From contig JBBTTC010000001.1 in the NCBI GenBank assembly GCA_038064435.1, positions 3,170 through 67,169 on the forward strand: a stretch of DNA of 64,000 nt. Direction: 5' to 3'. The notes under the pieces were generated by a model. It ran no database searches. It saw only the letters and a list, made by a program, of their open reading frames with translations, and was not told where the DNA came from. The translations under genes and the position numbers were made by a program. Positions 38,110 through 48,147 of this stretch are shown piece after piece. Position 1 is the stretch's first letter, and the number at the start of each line of letters is the position of its first letter. This stretch comes from Patescibacteria group bacterium (GTDB lineage Bacteria; Patescibacteriota; Minisyncoccia; Phycocordibacterales; JACOZG01).

Positions 38110-38926
38110 GCGTTCTCCAGCTTGGTTAACCGCTTGGCATCGCTGGGGAGGCTTAGCGTTGCTCATTGTTACCATTCTTTTTTTGGCCAGCGCCGGGTCA
38201 TGGTTGAGCGGCTTGTTATCTGGCCCGATGATCAACACCCTAGACGTTGGTTGGCGAACAGGCGGTTGGTTGGAGCGTCAATTAACAGGTTGGCGAGTGC
38301 TGTTTGTGACTAAATCCAATTTGCAGGTCGAAAACCGGCAGTTACGGTCGGAGATTGAGCGGCGCAATGTAATTTTAGCTAGTTACCGTTTGTTGGTTGA
38401 AGAAAATCACCGATTGGCGGCTTTGCTCGGTCGTCAACCGGCTGAAGGTAAGCCAGTGGCCATGGCTCGGGTGTTAAGCCGAGCCAGTCAATCACCTTAC
38501 GATGCGCTGCTTATTGATTTGGGGCATGATAATTCTAGCGTTCCTTTAACGGTGGGAGATTGGGTGGTGGTTGATGGTCAAATTGCTTTAGGGCAAATAG
38601 CGGCCGTGGCAAGTCGTACCGCCAAGGTTAAACTTTTCTCCCTTCCCGGAGTGGAAACGCCAGTGCGGGTGGGGGATGACGAGGTGGTCAGTTTGGCTCG
38701 AGGTCAGGGTGGTGGGAATTTTTCGATTCGTCTACCTCGTAGTTTGGAAGTTAGTTCTGGCGCTCCCGTACGCGTCGTCGCTCCTGATCGGATGCTTACT
38801 CTCGGCGTGGTGGCCGAGACGATAAAGACCCCGGCCGATTCTTTTCAGGAAATTATTTTCAAGACCCCAGTCAATATTTACGAACTTAATTATGTGGAGA
38901 TTTACCCCGCCGCGTTGGCTTTATGA
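38084..38926 (+). CDS. mreC: Rod shape-determining protein MreC
   Basis: TM, coiled coil (EN..L..LLG), ARGQGGG; directly after mreB. Confidence 0.85.
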   Translation: MKKFSHLNRRSPAWLTAWHRWGGLALLIVTILFLASAGSWLSGLLSGPMINTLDVGWRTGGWLERQLTGWRVLFVTKSNLQVENRQLRSEIERRNVILASYRLLVEENHRLAALLGRQPAEGKPVAMARVLSRASQSPYDALLIDLGHDNSSVPLTVGDWVVVDGQIALGQIAAVASRTAKVKLFSLPGVETPVRVGDDEVVSLARGQGGGNFSIRLPRSLEVSSGAPVRVVAPDRMLTLGVVAETIKTPADSFQEIIFKTPVNIYELNYVEIYPAALAL

Positions 38927-39164
38927 TCTAATTTTAGTTCTGGCTCTGCTTTTGGGCCCCTGGTGGTTTTTTACTTTATTGATAGCTATTGGTGTGCCAT
39001 TATATCAACGTTTTTTTGAGGCGCCTCTTGGTATGCTGATTTTTGATTTGTCGTACGGTTGGCCCGGGGTGGGATGGGCAGGTTGGCAATTTTGGCCCAC
39101 AGTCGTTGTGGCTTTTTGGTTTTGGCTTTGGCCACACTGGCGCCGGCGTATTTATGTGGTTTAA
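38892..39164 (+). CDS. Small membrane protein in the mreD position
   Basis: Highly hydrophobic 90-aa ORF between mreC and mrdA. Confidence 0.5.
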   Translation: MWRFTPPRWLYDLILVLALLLGPWWFFTLLIAIGVPLYQRFFEAPLGMLIFDLSYGWPGVGWAGWQFWPTVVVAFWFWLWPHWRRRIYVV

Positions 39165-40827
39165 ATCGAAAAATCGTCGGCTTCTTGAACCAGACGAGGT
39201 CTTTATGGACTCGACCAATCTGCCTGATTTCGATACTCAGCAGTTTGAGGGGCAGTTGGAACGACCAATTACCAAAACGATGTTTTATCTCGTCGGCGTG
39301 TTAACGGTCTTGGCTAGTTTGGCTATGGCTGGCCGGGCGGTTGATTTGCAAATTACTCGCGGCGCTGAATTTAATCAACTTAGTATTGATAACACTTTGC
39401 GTCAGATTGTAATTTTCCCCGAGCGCGGCGTGATTTACGATCGAATTGGTATTGAGCTAGCTTGGAACGATGGTGCCGGGCGTGCTTACGTTCCGGGCGG
39501 TGGCTTTGGTCACCTGCTTGGCTATGTTAGTTACCCGCGCGAAGAAGAAATTGCCACGAGTGGCTATCACCCCAAAAGTTATATTGGTCGTGCCGGCGCT
39601 GAACGGGCTTTTAATAGATTGTTGGGTGGTAGGAGTGGACTCAAGGTGGAGGAAGTCAACGTGCAGGGACAGATTTCTTCGGACTACCTTTATCAAGCAC
39701 CAGAAGATGGTCAGGGTTTAAAATTGAGTATTGACTCACGAATACAGACTAAACTTTTTGAGACGATAAAAAACTTGTCGTTGGAAAAAGGTTTTACTGG
39801 CGGCGCCGGATTAATCATGGATGTGCGTACCGGGCAACTCTTAGCCGCCACCAGTTACCCGGAGTACGATTCCAATGTTTTGTCTCGCGGTCAAGATCGG
39901 GCGGCCATTAGCGGTTATCTTAATGACGCTTCTAAACCCTTTCTTAATCGTATTGTTGATGGCTTATACACGCCCGGATCGACGGTTAAACCAATTATGG
40001 CTTTGGGTGCCTTAGCGGAAAAAGTTATCAGTCCGGATAAAGAAATTTTAAGTACCGGCGCACTCACGGTGCCCAATCCCTATTTTCCTGATCAGCCATC
40101 AGTGTTTAAGGATTGGAAAGCGCATGGTTTGGTTAACATGGAACGAGCCTTGGCCATGTCATCAAATGTTTATTTTTATGAAATCGGTGGTGGTTATGAA
40201 GACCAGCGAGGTATAGGCATCAGTGGCATCGAAAAATACGCTCGACTTTTTGGCTTAGGCCAGCCCATTGAGTTTGAATTAGGCTCTAGTGCGTCTGGTG
40301 TGATCCCTACACCGGCCTGGAAGGCCAAGCAGTTTGCTGGCGAACCGTGGCGTCTGGGCGACACTTACCACACGGTTATTGGCCAGTATGGCTTTCAGGT
40401 CACGCCTCTACATATGGTGAGAATGATGGCCGCCATTGCCAATGGTGGAAAATTACTGATGCCGAGTGTGCAATATGACCTGCGGCCCGAGGAAATTAAA
40501 TTTACCAATTTACCATTTTTGGCCGATGATTTTGAGATCGTGCGCCGCGGCTTGCGTCGCGGTGTTGAGGAGGGCACAGGCATGGGCTTGAGTGTGCCCT
40601 ATGTCCAAGTGGCGGCCAAAACTGGCACGGCCGAACTAGGGGTGGAAAAAACCGAAACCAGTTCTTGGGCGCTCGGCTTTTTCCCTTACGAGGCACCGCG
40701 TTACGCCTTCGCCGTGGTGATGGAACGGGGACCGAAGGAAAACCTCGTTGGTGGTGTTTATGTGATGCGCCAAATGCTCGATTGGCTCCATGCTGAGGCC
40801 TCGGATTATTTACAGCCATCTTTTTGA
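39154..40827 (+). CDS. mrdA: Penicillin-binding protein 2
   Basis: RGVIYDR, PGSTVK (SxxK), SSN, KTGTAE; in the mre cluster. Confidence 0.88.
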   Translation: MWFKSKNRRLLEPDEVFMDSTNLPDFDTQQFEGQLERPITKTMFYLVGVLTVLASLAMAGRAVDLQITRGAEFNQLSIDNTLRQIVIFPERGVIYDRIGIELAWNDGAGRAYVPGGGFGHLLGYVSYPREEEIATSGYHPKSYIGRAGAERAFNRLLGGRSGLKVEEVNVQGQISSDYLYQAPEDGQGLKLSIDSRIQTKLFETIKNLSLEKGFTGGAGLIMDVRTGQLLAATSYPEYDSNVLSRGQDRAAISGYLNDASKPFLNRIVDGLYTPGSTVKPIMALGALAEKVISPDKEILSTGALTVPNPYFPDQPSVFKDWKAHGLVNMERALAMSSNVYFYEIGGGYEDQRGIGISGIEKYARLFGLGQPIEFELGSSASGVIPTPAWKAKQFAGEPWRLGDTYHTVIGQYGFQVTPLHMVRMMAAIANGGKLLMPSVQYDLRPEEIKFTNLPFLADDFEIVRRGLRRGVEEGTGMGLSVPYVQVAAKTGTAELGVEKTETSSWALGFFPYEAPRYAFAVVMERGPKENLVGGVYVMRQMLDWLHAEASDYLQPSF

Positions 40828-40858
40828 CCCCGCGGGATATTTAAGCTAGAATGGCGAC

Positions 40859-41323
40859 ATGCGGCAAGATAAGGAATATATCAGTCAGGAGAAACGCAAG
40901 GAGCTAGAAGCCGAATTGGTTGAACTAAAAACTAATAAGCGTCGGGCCGTGGCTGACCGTCTCGAGTTTGCCAAATCTATGGGTGACTTGGCCGAGAATG
41001 CGGAGTACCATGCCGCGCGCGATGAACAAGCCGACACCGAAAACCGTATCATCCAAATCGAAAATATTTTAAAAAACTCGGTTATCGTTTCCAGTCATCA
41101 CAGTTCAAAGGTGGAAGTTGGGTCTGGGCTGTTGGTTAAAAAGCCCGATGGCAGTGAGTGGCGGGTGATGATCGTTGGTTCGGAGGAAGCCGATATTAAA
41201 AAAGGCAAAATCTCTTACCTCTCGCCGTTGGGTGAAGGTTTGTTGGGCCGTCAGCCAGGCGATTTGGTAGAAATAATTACCCCGCGCGGTCCGGTTAAGT
41301 ACCAGATTATTTCCATTGACTAA
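40859..41323 (+). CDS. greA: Transcription elongation factor GreA
   Basis: GDLAENAEY, IS..SPLG. Confidence 0.95.
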   Translation: MRQDKEYISQEKRKELEAELVELKTNKRRAVADRLEFAKSMGDLAENAEYHAARDEQADTENRIIQIENILKNSVIVSSHHSSKVEVGSGLLVKKPDGSEWRVMIVGSEEADIKKGKISYLSPLGEGLLGRQPGDLVEIITPRGPVKYQIISID

Positions 41324-41330
41324 ATACTAA

Positions 41331-42803
41331 ATGGCATCGCTGGACACTATTCGGCAGGAGCGGATCAAAAAACTGGAGCGCTGGCACGAAAAAGGTTTAA
41401 TTCCATACCCCATTCGGGCCACACATGATCGTGACTTAGGTGAAGTGATAGCGGATTTTGCTGATTTGACGACTGCTGGTAAATCTCTGGTTTTATCAGG
41501 TCGGATTATGGCGTTGCGGGCGCAAGGCGCGATGATTTTTTTTGATCTCGATGACGGCACTGGCCGTTTACAAATTTTACTTCGTCGCGATGAGCTTGGT
41601 GAAGAGGAAACCGATTTTTTTGCCGATACGGTTGATGTGGGAGATATAGTGGAAGTGAGTGGAGAATTGTTTTTAACTAAGCGCCGAGAAGAAAAAACTC
41701 TATTAGTAAAAAAGTGGCGACCGCTGGCTAAAAGTTTGCGCCCCTTGCCTGACAAATGGCATGGTTTGCAGGATGTCGAGGAGCGTTTTCGTCGTCGTTA
41801 TCTCGACAGTTTGATGGAGCCGGTGGTTAAAGAGCGTTTTGTTCGCCGCGCCAAAATGATTTCCGCGACCCGGGCTTTTTTGGACAAGGCGGGGTTTGTG
41901 GAAGTGGAAACGCCGATGTTGCAGACACTGGCGGGCGGAGCTTCGGCCGAACCTTTTGTCACTCATCATCAAGCACTCGACGTTGACCTTTTTTTGCGCA
42001 TCTCGCCCGAACTTTATCTTAAGCGTATGGTGGTGGGCGGGTTGCCGCGTGTGTATGAGTTGTCGCGAAATTTTCGGAATGAAGGTATTGATCTCACGCA
42101 CAATCCCGAATTTACCATGTTGGAATTTTACGAAGCTTGGTCTGATGCCGCGGCCCAACGAGAACAGGTGGAAAAATTGTTGCGTTTCGTAATTAAAAAA
42201 ACAGCCGGAGAATTGGAGGTAAAATATCAAGGTGAGGTGATAAATTTTGCCGAAAAATTTAAGTCAGTAACGTATTATGATTTACTTAAGCGTTACGCTT
42301 TGATTACTGATCCGGTGACCGTGCGCGACGAGGAATTGGTGGTCAAGGCGCATCAACTTGGCCTAGTGTTTGAGTCAGGATCTAGCCGGGAAAAGATTTT
42401 TGATTTAATTTATAAAAAGGTTTGTCGGCCAAAATTAATCCAGCCGACTTTTGTCGTTGATTATCCGCGAGACTACTTGCCACTGGCTAAGGCGCGCGAA
42501 GATGACCCAACCTTAGTTGACGCCTTTCAGCTGGTGGCTGGTGGACTGGAATTGGTTAAGGCCTTTTCAGAACTCAATGATCCGCTGGAGCAACGCGCGC
42601 GCTTCGCACGTCAAGAGGAAATGCGTCGCGCCGGGGATAATGATGGGCAAAAACTGGACGAGGATTTTATTGAGGCGTTGGAATATGGTTTGCCGCCGTC
42701 TGGCGGTGTGGGTATCGGCATTGATCGTTTAGCTATGTTGCTTGGTGATGTGGCCAACATCCGCGAAGTCATTTATTTTCCCACTCTACGGCCCAAAAAC
42801 TAA
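41331..42803 (+). CDS. lysS: Lysine--tRNA ligase (class II)
   Basis: LRISPELYLKR, FRNEGID.THNPEFTMLE, YGLPP.GG.GIGIDRL. Confidence 0.97.
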   Translation: MASLDTIRQERIKKLERWHEKGLIPYPIRATHDRDLGEVIADFADLTTAGKSLVLSGRIMALRAQGAMIFFDLDDGTGRLQILLRRDELGEEETDFFADTVDVGDIVEVSGELFLTKRREEKTLLVKKWRPLAKSLRPLPDKWHGLQDVEERFRRRYLDSLMEPVVKERFVRRAKMISATRAFLDKAGFVEVETPMLQTLAGGASAEPFVTHHQALDVDLFLRISPELYLKRMVVGGLPRVYELSRNFRNEGIDLTHNPEFTMLEFYEAWSDAAAQREQVEKLLRFVIKKTAGELEVKYQGEVINFAEKFKSVTYYDLLKRYALITDPVTVRDEELVVKAHQLGLVFESGSSREKIFDLIYKKVCRPKLIQPTFVVDYPRDYLPLAKAREDDPTLVDAFQLVAGGLELVKAFSELNDPLEQRARFARQEEMRRAGDNDGQKLDEDFIEALEYGLPPSGGVGIGIDRLAMLLGDVANIREVIYFPTLRPKN

Positions 42804-42824
42804 ATAATTATCCGTGTGCTTAAA

Positions 42825-42852
42825 AAGCCGCCGTGACACTTCACGGCGGCTT
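42825..42852 (+). terminator. Hairpin after lysS
   Basis: AAGCCGCCGTGA-CACT-TCACGGCGGCTT. Confidence 0.6.
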
Positions 42853-42858
42853 AATGCT

Positions 42859-42927
42859 TGTGGATAACTATGGTTGGTGAGTGGGTCAAAGTGGTTTATA
42901 CTTCCTCTCAAGTGGGATAAAGTGGGA
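42859..42927 (+). promoter_or_regulatory. MraZ-binding repeats and a DnaA-box match upstream of mraZ
   Basis: GTGGG/GTGG at 42881, 42891, 42912, 42922 (10-nt spacing within pairs); TGTGGATAA at 42859-42867. Confidence 0.7.
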
Positions 42928-42938
42928 TGTGATGTTTT

Positions 42939-43373
42939 ATGTTAATTGGTGAATATCGTCATACTCTCGATCCCAAGAAGAGGCTAGCCGTTCCGGTTAA
43001 GTTTCGAAAAGAACTGGGGCGGCGCGTAGTGATTACCAATGGTCTCGACAATTGCTTGTTCATTTACACAATGAGTCAATGGCAAAAAGTGGCCGAACGT
43101 TTAGGCAATCTGTCACTCGGCGCGGCCGACACTCGCGGCTTCAACCGTTTTATGTTGGCGGGAGCGGTGGAGAGTGATGTGGACGGTTTGGGGCGCGTGC
43201 TAATTCCCGATTTTCTTAAAGAGTTTGCTGGCCTCAAGAATAAAGTGGTCATTGCTGGTTTGCACGACCGGGTAGAGATTTGGGATGAAAAGCGTTGGTT
43301 GGAATATAAGTCGCGTTTGGGTCGTCAGGCCGATGTATTGGCAGAAAAACTCGGCGAGATCGGTGCAATTTAA
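42939..43373 (+). CDS. mraZ: Transcriptional regulator MraZ
   Basis: GEY.HTLD.KKRL..P.KFR, D..GR..IP. Confidence 0.95.
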   Translation: MLIGEYRHTLDPKKRLAVPVKFRKELGRRVVITNGLDNCLFIYTMSQWQKVAERLGNLSLGAADTRGFNRFMLAGAVESDVDGLGRVLIPDFLKEFAGLKNKVVIAGLHDRVEIWDEKRWLEYKSRLGRQADVLAEKLGEIGAI

Positions 43374-43377
43374 TCAT

Positions 43378-44280
43378 ATGACGGTAACTGTGCATCAACC
43401 AGTTATGAAAGACGAGGTTATCGCGGCCATCCGGCCCAAAGTCGGGGACGTGATTGTGGATGCCACGGTAAATGCCGCCGGCCATGGCGAGGCTTTGTGT
43501 GGCGCTTTGGGTCACACCGGTTGGTTTATAGGCATTGATGCTGACGCGCGAGCTATTAATCTGGCGCGGCCGGTGTTGGCGGGCGCGGCTTGCCGCTTTG
43601 ATTTGGTGGTCGAGAATTTTCGCCACTTGGATCATGTTCTTGATCGCCTAAAAGCTCAACCCCGCGTCATTTTTTTTGATTTGGGTTTGAGCTCAGATCA
43701 ATTGGAAGTTTCTGGGCGAGGTTTTTCTTTTCAGCGCAATGAACCACTACTGATGACCTTTCATGACCATGTTACCGAAGCAGATCTGACGGCAGCCGAC
43801 GTAGTTAACACTTGGCGTGAAGCAACTCTAGCTGACGTTATTTACGCTTACGGAGAAGAAAAATTTGCACGTCGTATTGCCGCCGCCATTGTCGCGGCCC
43901 GGCGCGGCAAATTATTTCAGACCACTTTTGATCTCGTGACGGTGATCAAGGAAGCGGTGCCAGACTGGTACACAAGGCGACGATTACATTTTGCCACTAA
44001 GACTTTTCAGGCTCTACGTATTGCTGTCAATGACGAACTTGGTTCTTTGCGTTTGGCACTCAATCAGGCGTGGCGCCGTTTACAAGTCCCAGGCCTGATC
44101 GCCCTCCTTACCTTTCATGGTCTTGAGGCGCGAGTCGTTAAAAATTTCGTTAGCGAGCATCGTCACATCAATCGTCAGACTATTCGGTTAGATAAGCCGA
44201 TCGTTCCCAGTCGGGCCGAAATTTTGCTTAATCCTCGCTCACGCAGCGCCGTATTAAGACTCATTCACAAATTACAATGA
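43378..44280 (+). CDS. rsmH: 16S rRNA m4C1402 methyltransferase
   Basis: H.PVM..EV, DLGLSS.QL..RGFSF, FQALRIAVNDEL, NPRSRSA.LR. Confidence 0.95.
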   Translation: MTVTVHQPVMKDEVIAAIRPKVGDVIVDATVNAAGHGEALCGALGHTGWFIGIDADARAINLARPVLAGAACRFDLVVENFRHLDHVLDRLKAQPRVIFFDLGLSSDQLEVSGRGFSFQRNEPLLMTFHDHVTEADLTAADVVNTWREATLADVIYAYGEEKFARRIAAAIVAARRGKLFQTTFDLVTVIKEAVPDWYTRRRLHFATKTFQALRIAVNDELGSLRLALNQAWRRLQVPGLIALLTFHGLEARVVKNFVSEHRHINRQTIRLDKPIVPSRAEILLNPRSRSAVLRLIHKLQ

Positions 44281-44630
44281 AAACATCTTCTATAAATTTT
44301 AAATTTCGCCGGCGCATGCTTTTTAGCTTTTTGGCGGTGAATTTGCTGTTGGCCGCTGGTTACCTATATTTAGTCAATAATTTAGTTTTAACGGCTGCCG
44401 CTTACGAACATCACCAAAATGAAAGCGAGCGATTGTCGGCCGAATTAGCATTGTTGGAGTCACAGTTTACGAAAAAAGCGGCCACCATTACCATGGATTA
44501 TGCCTATAGCCTAGGCTTCGAAGATGCTACCAGTCGCTCATTGTTTGCTTATCGCACGCCGGCTAGTTCCCCTTTTATTAGCGCCACAGCGCTTAGTTTG
44601 GCTCAGAGCGGACTCGTTTATCGTCCCTAA
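44277..44630 (+). CDS. FtsL-like bitopic protein
   Basis: TM plus coiled coil, located between rsmH and a PBP gene. Confidence 0.55.
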   Translation: MKTSSINFKFRRRMLFSFLAVNLLLAAGYLYLVNNLVLTAAAYEHHQNESERLSAELALLESQFTKKAATITMDYAYSLGFEDATSRSLFAYRTPASSPFISATALSLAQSGLVYRP

Positions 44631-44632
44631 TC

Positions 44633-46348
44633 ATGGTCGTGGATTTTCGGTGGCGGATCAGGCTCCTCGCGCTGATGGTGATTTTGTTCGCGGGAATTAT
44701 CGGCGCGAAGCTTTTTTTTATACAGGTAGTGCGGGGCGATTATTATCGTGCTCGCGCAGTTGATCAGTCGCAAACAGCTAGCACGTTGTTTGATCGGGGG
44801 ACGATATTTTTTTCTTCGCGTGACGGTCAACTAACTCGAGCGGCGGCCACTCAGACTGGTTATACTTTGGCCATCAATCCCAGTCGGCTTACTGATTCGA
44901 TGGGCACTTTTAATATTTTGCGGCAAATTATTCCAAGTCTTGATCAAGACGATTTTACGACTCGGGCAAGTAAGGTCCGGGATCCATATGAAGAAATTGC
45001 CACGCGACTGCCAACAGATCTGGGGCAAAAGATAAAGTCTTTAAAATTGGCGGGCGTGCAAATCGTGCCGGATCGCTGGCGTTCCTACCCAGCTGGGCGT
45101 ATGGCTAGTCACACCATTGGTTTTATGGGTTATGAAGATGATTTGTTTGCCGGGCGGTATGGTTTGGAGCGGCGCTACGATTCTTATCTAGTCCGTCAGA
45201 ATAATTTGTCGTTCACTAGTTTTTTTACCGAAATTTTTAGCGGTTTGGGCGATACGCTTATCGGTCGACACAGTCGCGAAGAAGCTGATTTAGTTACAAC
45301 TATTGAGCCGGTGGTGCAATCATTTGTGGAAGAGCAATTAACTGCCATCACGGAGCGATGGCATAGTCGATCCAGTGGTATTGTGGTGCTCGAGCCGGCC
45401 ACCGGACAGATTTTGGCTATGGGGGCTCGACCCGACTTTGATCCTGGAAAAAAGCAGGAATCAATAGAGCCGCTAAAGAATCCGCTAGTTGAAGACGTGT
45501 GGGAAATGGGCTCAATCTTAAAACCCCTGACTCTGGCCGCCGCGATTGATACTGGTGTTGTGACGCCAAGTTCAACTTATATTGATACTGGTTCGGTGAC
45601 TCTAAATGGTTTAACCATCACGAACCATGATGGTCGCGCCCACGGCCAAGTAACTATGCAGGAAGTGTTGAGTCAATCGCTTAATACTGGCGCAGTCTAT
45701 GCGGCCACAAAATTGGGGCACGATAAATTTCGTCGCTATTTTCTGGACTTTGGGTTGGGCGAGATAACGAATATTGATTTGCCTAACGAGAGTTTTGGTT
45801 TAGTGAGCAATCTTGACAGTCAGCAGGAGGTTGATTACGTTACTGCCTCTTTTGGTCAGGGGATAGCTGTTACACCAATTAATATTGTCCGGGCACTTGG
45901 GGTTTTAGCCAACGGCGGGCGTCTCATGCGTCCATATGTGGTGAAGCGCCTCGATTATTTATTTCGCCCAGCCGAAGACCTCGAGCCATTAATGCAGAGA
46001 CAAGTTATTAAGCCAGAAACCGCGGCAACGATTACCACCATGTTGGTTAAGATTGTGGATGAGACATTGGCCGGTGGTCGAGCCAAGTTACCAAATCACA
46101 GTATCGCCGCGAAAACCGGTACTGCTCAGATTGCCGATCCTACCACTGGCGGCTATCACACCGACCGCTTCCTCCATTCTTTCTTTGGATATTTTCCTGC
46201 CAAAGCCCCGCGTTTTCTAGTTTTTATTTATCAAGTGGAACCGGTGGGGGCTAATTATGCTTCTGAAACGTTAACAGATCCGTTTATGAATCTAGCCAAA
46301 TTTTTGTTAAACTACTATAAAGTATCACCCGATCGAGTCGCTCAGTAA
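44633..46348 (+). CDS. ftsI: Cell division penicillin-binding protein (FtsI-like)
   Basis: RGTIF, GSILK (SxxK), SLN, KTGTAQ; dcw context. Confidence 0.82.
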   Translation: MVVDFRWRIRLLALMVILFAGIIGAKLFFIQVVRGDYYRARAVDQSQTASTLFDRGTIFFSSRDGQLTRAAATQTGYTLAINPSRLTDSMGTFNILRQIIPSLDQDDFTTRASKVRDPYEEIATRLPTDLGQKIKSLKLAGVQIVPDRWRSYPAGRMASHTIGFMGYEDDLFAGRYGLERRYDSYLVRQNNLSFTSFFTEIFSGLGDTLIGRHSREEADLVTTIEPVVQSFVEEQLTAITERWHSRSSGIVVLEPATGQILAMGARPDFDPGKKQESIEPLKNPLVEDVWEMGSILKPLTLAAAIDTGVVTPSSTYIDTGSVTLNGLTITNHDGRAHGQVTMQEVLSQSLNTGAVYAATKLGHDKFRRYFLDFGLGEITNIDLPNESFGLVSNLDSQQEVDYVTASFGQGIAVTPINIVRALGVLANGGRLMRPYVVKRLDYLFRPAEDLEPLMQRQVIKPETAATITTMLVKIVDETLAGGRAKLPNHSIAAKTGTAQIADPTTGGYHTDRFLHSFFGYFPAKAPRFLVFIYQVEPVGANYASETLTDPFMNLAKFLLNYYKVSPDRVAQ

Positions 46349-46353
46349 TTATT

Positions 46354-47673
46354 ATGTTTAAATCTTTTTTTAGAAAAATAATTTCCACTCTTTTGCGTTG
46401 GGAGGCGCGGCTGGTGCTCATCAAGTATCGACCCAAAATCGTGGCAGTGACGGGCAGTGTGGGTAAGACTACCACTAAGGATGCTGTCTATCATTTGTTG
46501 AACCATTTTTATCCTACAGGCCGGAGTCAAAAAAGTTATAACAGCGATTTGGGTTTGCCGTTGACAATTTTGGGTTGCGACAGCGCCGGCCGGAGGCCGG
46601 CGGGCTGGATCAAGAATTTGCTCGAGGGTTTGGTGTTGGTTTTTTGGCCCAATCATTATCCCAAGTGGTTGGTGTTGGAGGTGGGAGCTGATCGCCCGGG
46701 TGACATAGCTTCGATCATTGCTTGGCTTCGACCGGACATGGCGATATTAACTGCTTTGCCGGAGGTGCCGGCCCACATCGAGTTTTTCGCCACCGCCGAG
46801 GCCGTGGCACGGGAGAAAAGTTTTTTGTTGGCGGCGATAAAGAAAAAAGGAATCGCGATTTTGAATCATGACGATGAGCGTATTGCTGGAGTAAAAAAGT
46901 CATTGGCCAATCATTGGGCCGAACGCCAGATTCGTATTCTAAGTTACGGGTTTGGGGGTGGGGATGTTCGAGCCTCGCACGACCACTTAATTGCTGGCGC
47001 TGATGGGGAGATGTGGCCACGTGGTTTGAGTTTCAAGATCAATTATGGTTCGAATTCCATCCCGCTTTCAATTCCGGCGATTTTAGCGCGTGAGCAAGCC
47101 CAAGCTGTGTTGGCGGCTTTGGCGGTTGGTCAGGCACTGGAATTGTCGTGGCTCAAAATGACGGAGGCAATGACCACTTTTGTACCGCCGCCCGGTCGTT
47201 TACGTTCGCTCCCCGGGATTAAAAATACCTTATTGATTGATGACACTTATAATTCTTCGCCGGCGGCATTGGTAGCGGCGCTGGAGCTGGTCAAAAAAAT
47301 TCCCGTCACCGGTCGGCGTATTGTGGTGCTCGGCGATATGCTGGAACTCGGCACGCAAACCATGGCGGCGCATCGCGCCGCCGGTGTGGCGGCCGCGGCG
47401 GTGGCTGATTTTTTAATTACCGTTGGACCGCGAGCTAAATTTATTGCCGAGGCGGCTGATAAAAAGAGGTTTGGCAAACGCAAAATGAAACATTTTGATG
47501 AGCCGAATGAAGTTGGGCAGTTTTTGCAAAACTTTCTCCAGCCCGGCGACTTGGTTTTGTTTAAAGCCTCGCAGGCCGTGCGTCTCGAGCGCGCCGTACT
47601 GGAGGTTATGGCCGAGCCGGCCCGGCGCGCAGAACTGCTTGTCAGGCAAGACCGCGACTGGTTAAATAGGTAA
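46354..47673 (+). CDS. murF: UDP-MurNAc-tripeptide--D-Ala-D-Ala ligase
   Basis: VTGSVGKTTTK, DDTYNSSP, LGDMLELG. Confidence 0.9.
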   Translation: MFKSFFRKIISTLLRWEARLVLIKYRPKIVAVTGSVGKTTTKDAVYHLLNHFYPTGRSQKSYNSDLGLPLTILGCDSAGRRPAGWIKNLLEGLVLVFWPNHYPKWLVLEVGADRPGDIASIIAWLRPDMAILTALPEVPAHIEFFATAEAVAREKSFLLAAIKKKGIAILNHDDERIAGVKKSLANHWAERQIRILSYGFGGGDVRASHDHLIAGADGEMWPRGLSFKINYGSNSIPLSIPAILAREQAQAVLAALAVGQALELSWLKMTEAMTTFVPPPGRLRSLPGIKNTLLIDDTYNSSPAALVAALELVKKIPVTGRRIVVLGDMLELGTQTMAAHRAAGVAAAAVADFLITVGPRAKFIAEAADKKRFGKRKMKHFDEPNEVGQFLQNFLQPGDLVLFKASQAVRLERAVLEVMAEPARRAELLVRQDRDWLNR

Positions 47674-47675
47674 TA

Positions 47676-47756
47676 TCTAACGGTTAGTCCCGATTCCGTA
47701 AACGGAATCGCGGATCCACGTCCCGACAAGTCGGGACGGGAGACATCAGCCCCTCA
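47676..47756 (+). pseudogene. tRNA-Glu fragment interrupted by a 54-bp palindromic insert
   Basis: TCTAACGGTTAG (47676-47687) and GACATCAGC..CTCA (47742-47756) are contiguous in the intact tRNA at 48076-48147. Confidence 0.65.
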
Positions 47757-47764
47757 TTCATTAG

Positions 47765-48007
47765 ATGTATAGCACGTATATTTTAAAATTAAGTGACAAT
47801 TCTTATTACATTGGTAGTACTGGCAATTTATCTCAACGTATTTTTGCACACGAACAAGCAAAAGTTCGTTCTACCAAAAACAAGTTACCTTGCCAATTAA
47901 TCTATCAAGAAAATCATGGCACCAGAAGTGAAGCTCAAGCCAGAGAATATCAGATCAAAAAATGGAAAAGTCGCGCGGCGATTGAAAGGTTATTGAAAAA
48001 TCAGTAG
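47765..48007 (+). CDS. Small GIY-YIG nuclease family protein
   Basis: YIL..YYIGST.NL.QR..H, EA..RE.QIKKWKSR. Confidence 0.9.
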   Translation: MYSTYILKLSDNSYYIGSTGNLSQRIFAHEQAKVRSTKNKLPCQLIYQENHGTRSEAQAREYQIKKWKSRAAIERLLKNQ

Positions 48008-48075
48008 GATAAGTATCGGTCCCGATTCCGTTTACGGAATCGCGGACTCGCGATTTTTGCTAGCAAAAATCGGAG

Positions 48076-48147
48076 GGCCCTATCGTCTAACGGTTAGGAC
48101 ATCAGCTTCTCAAGCTGGTAATCCGGGTTCGATTCCCGGTGGGGTCA
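48076..48147 (+). tRNA. tRNA-Glu(CTC), CCA not encoded
   Basis: Acceptor GGCCCTA/TGGGGTC, anticodon arm TCAGC-TTCTCAA-GCTGG, T arm CCGGG-TTCGATT-CCCGG. Confidence 0.92.

Noticed and set aside
42859-42867. Replication origin suggested by a DnaA box
   Set aside because: There is a single box in a short intergenic region, with no box cluster, AT-rich unwinding element or dnaA/dnaN nearby.
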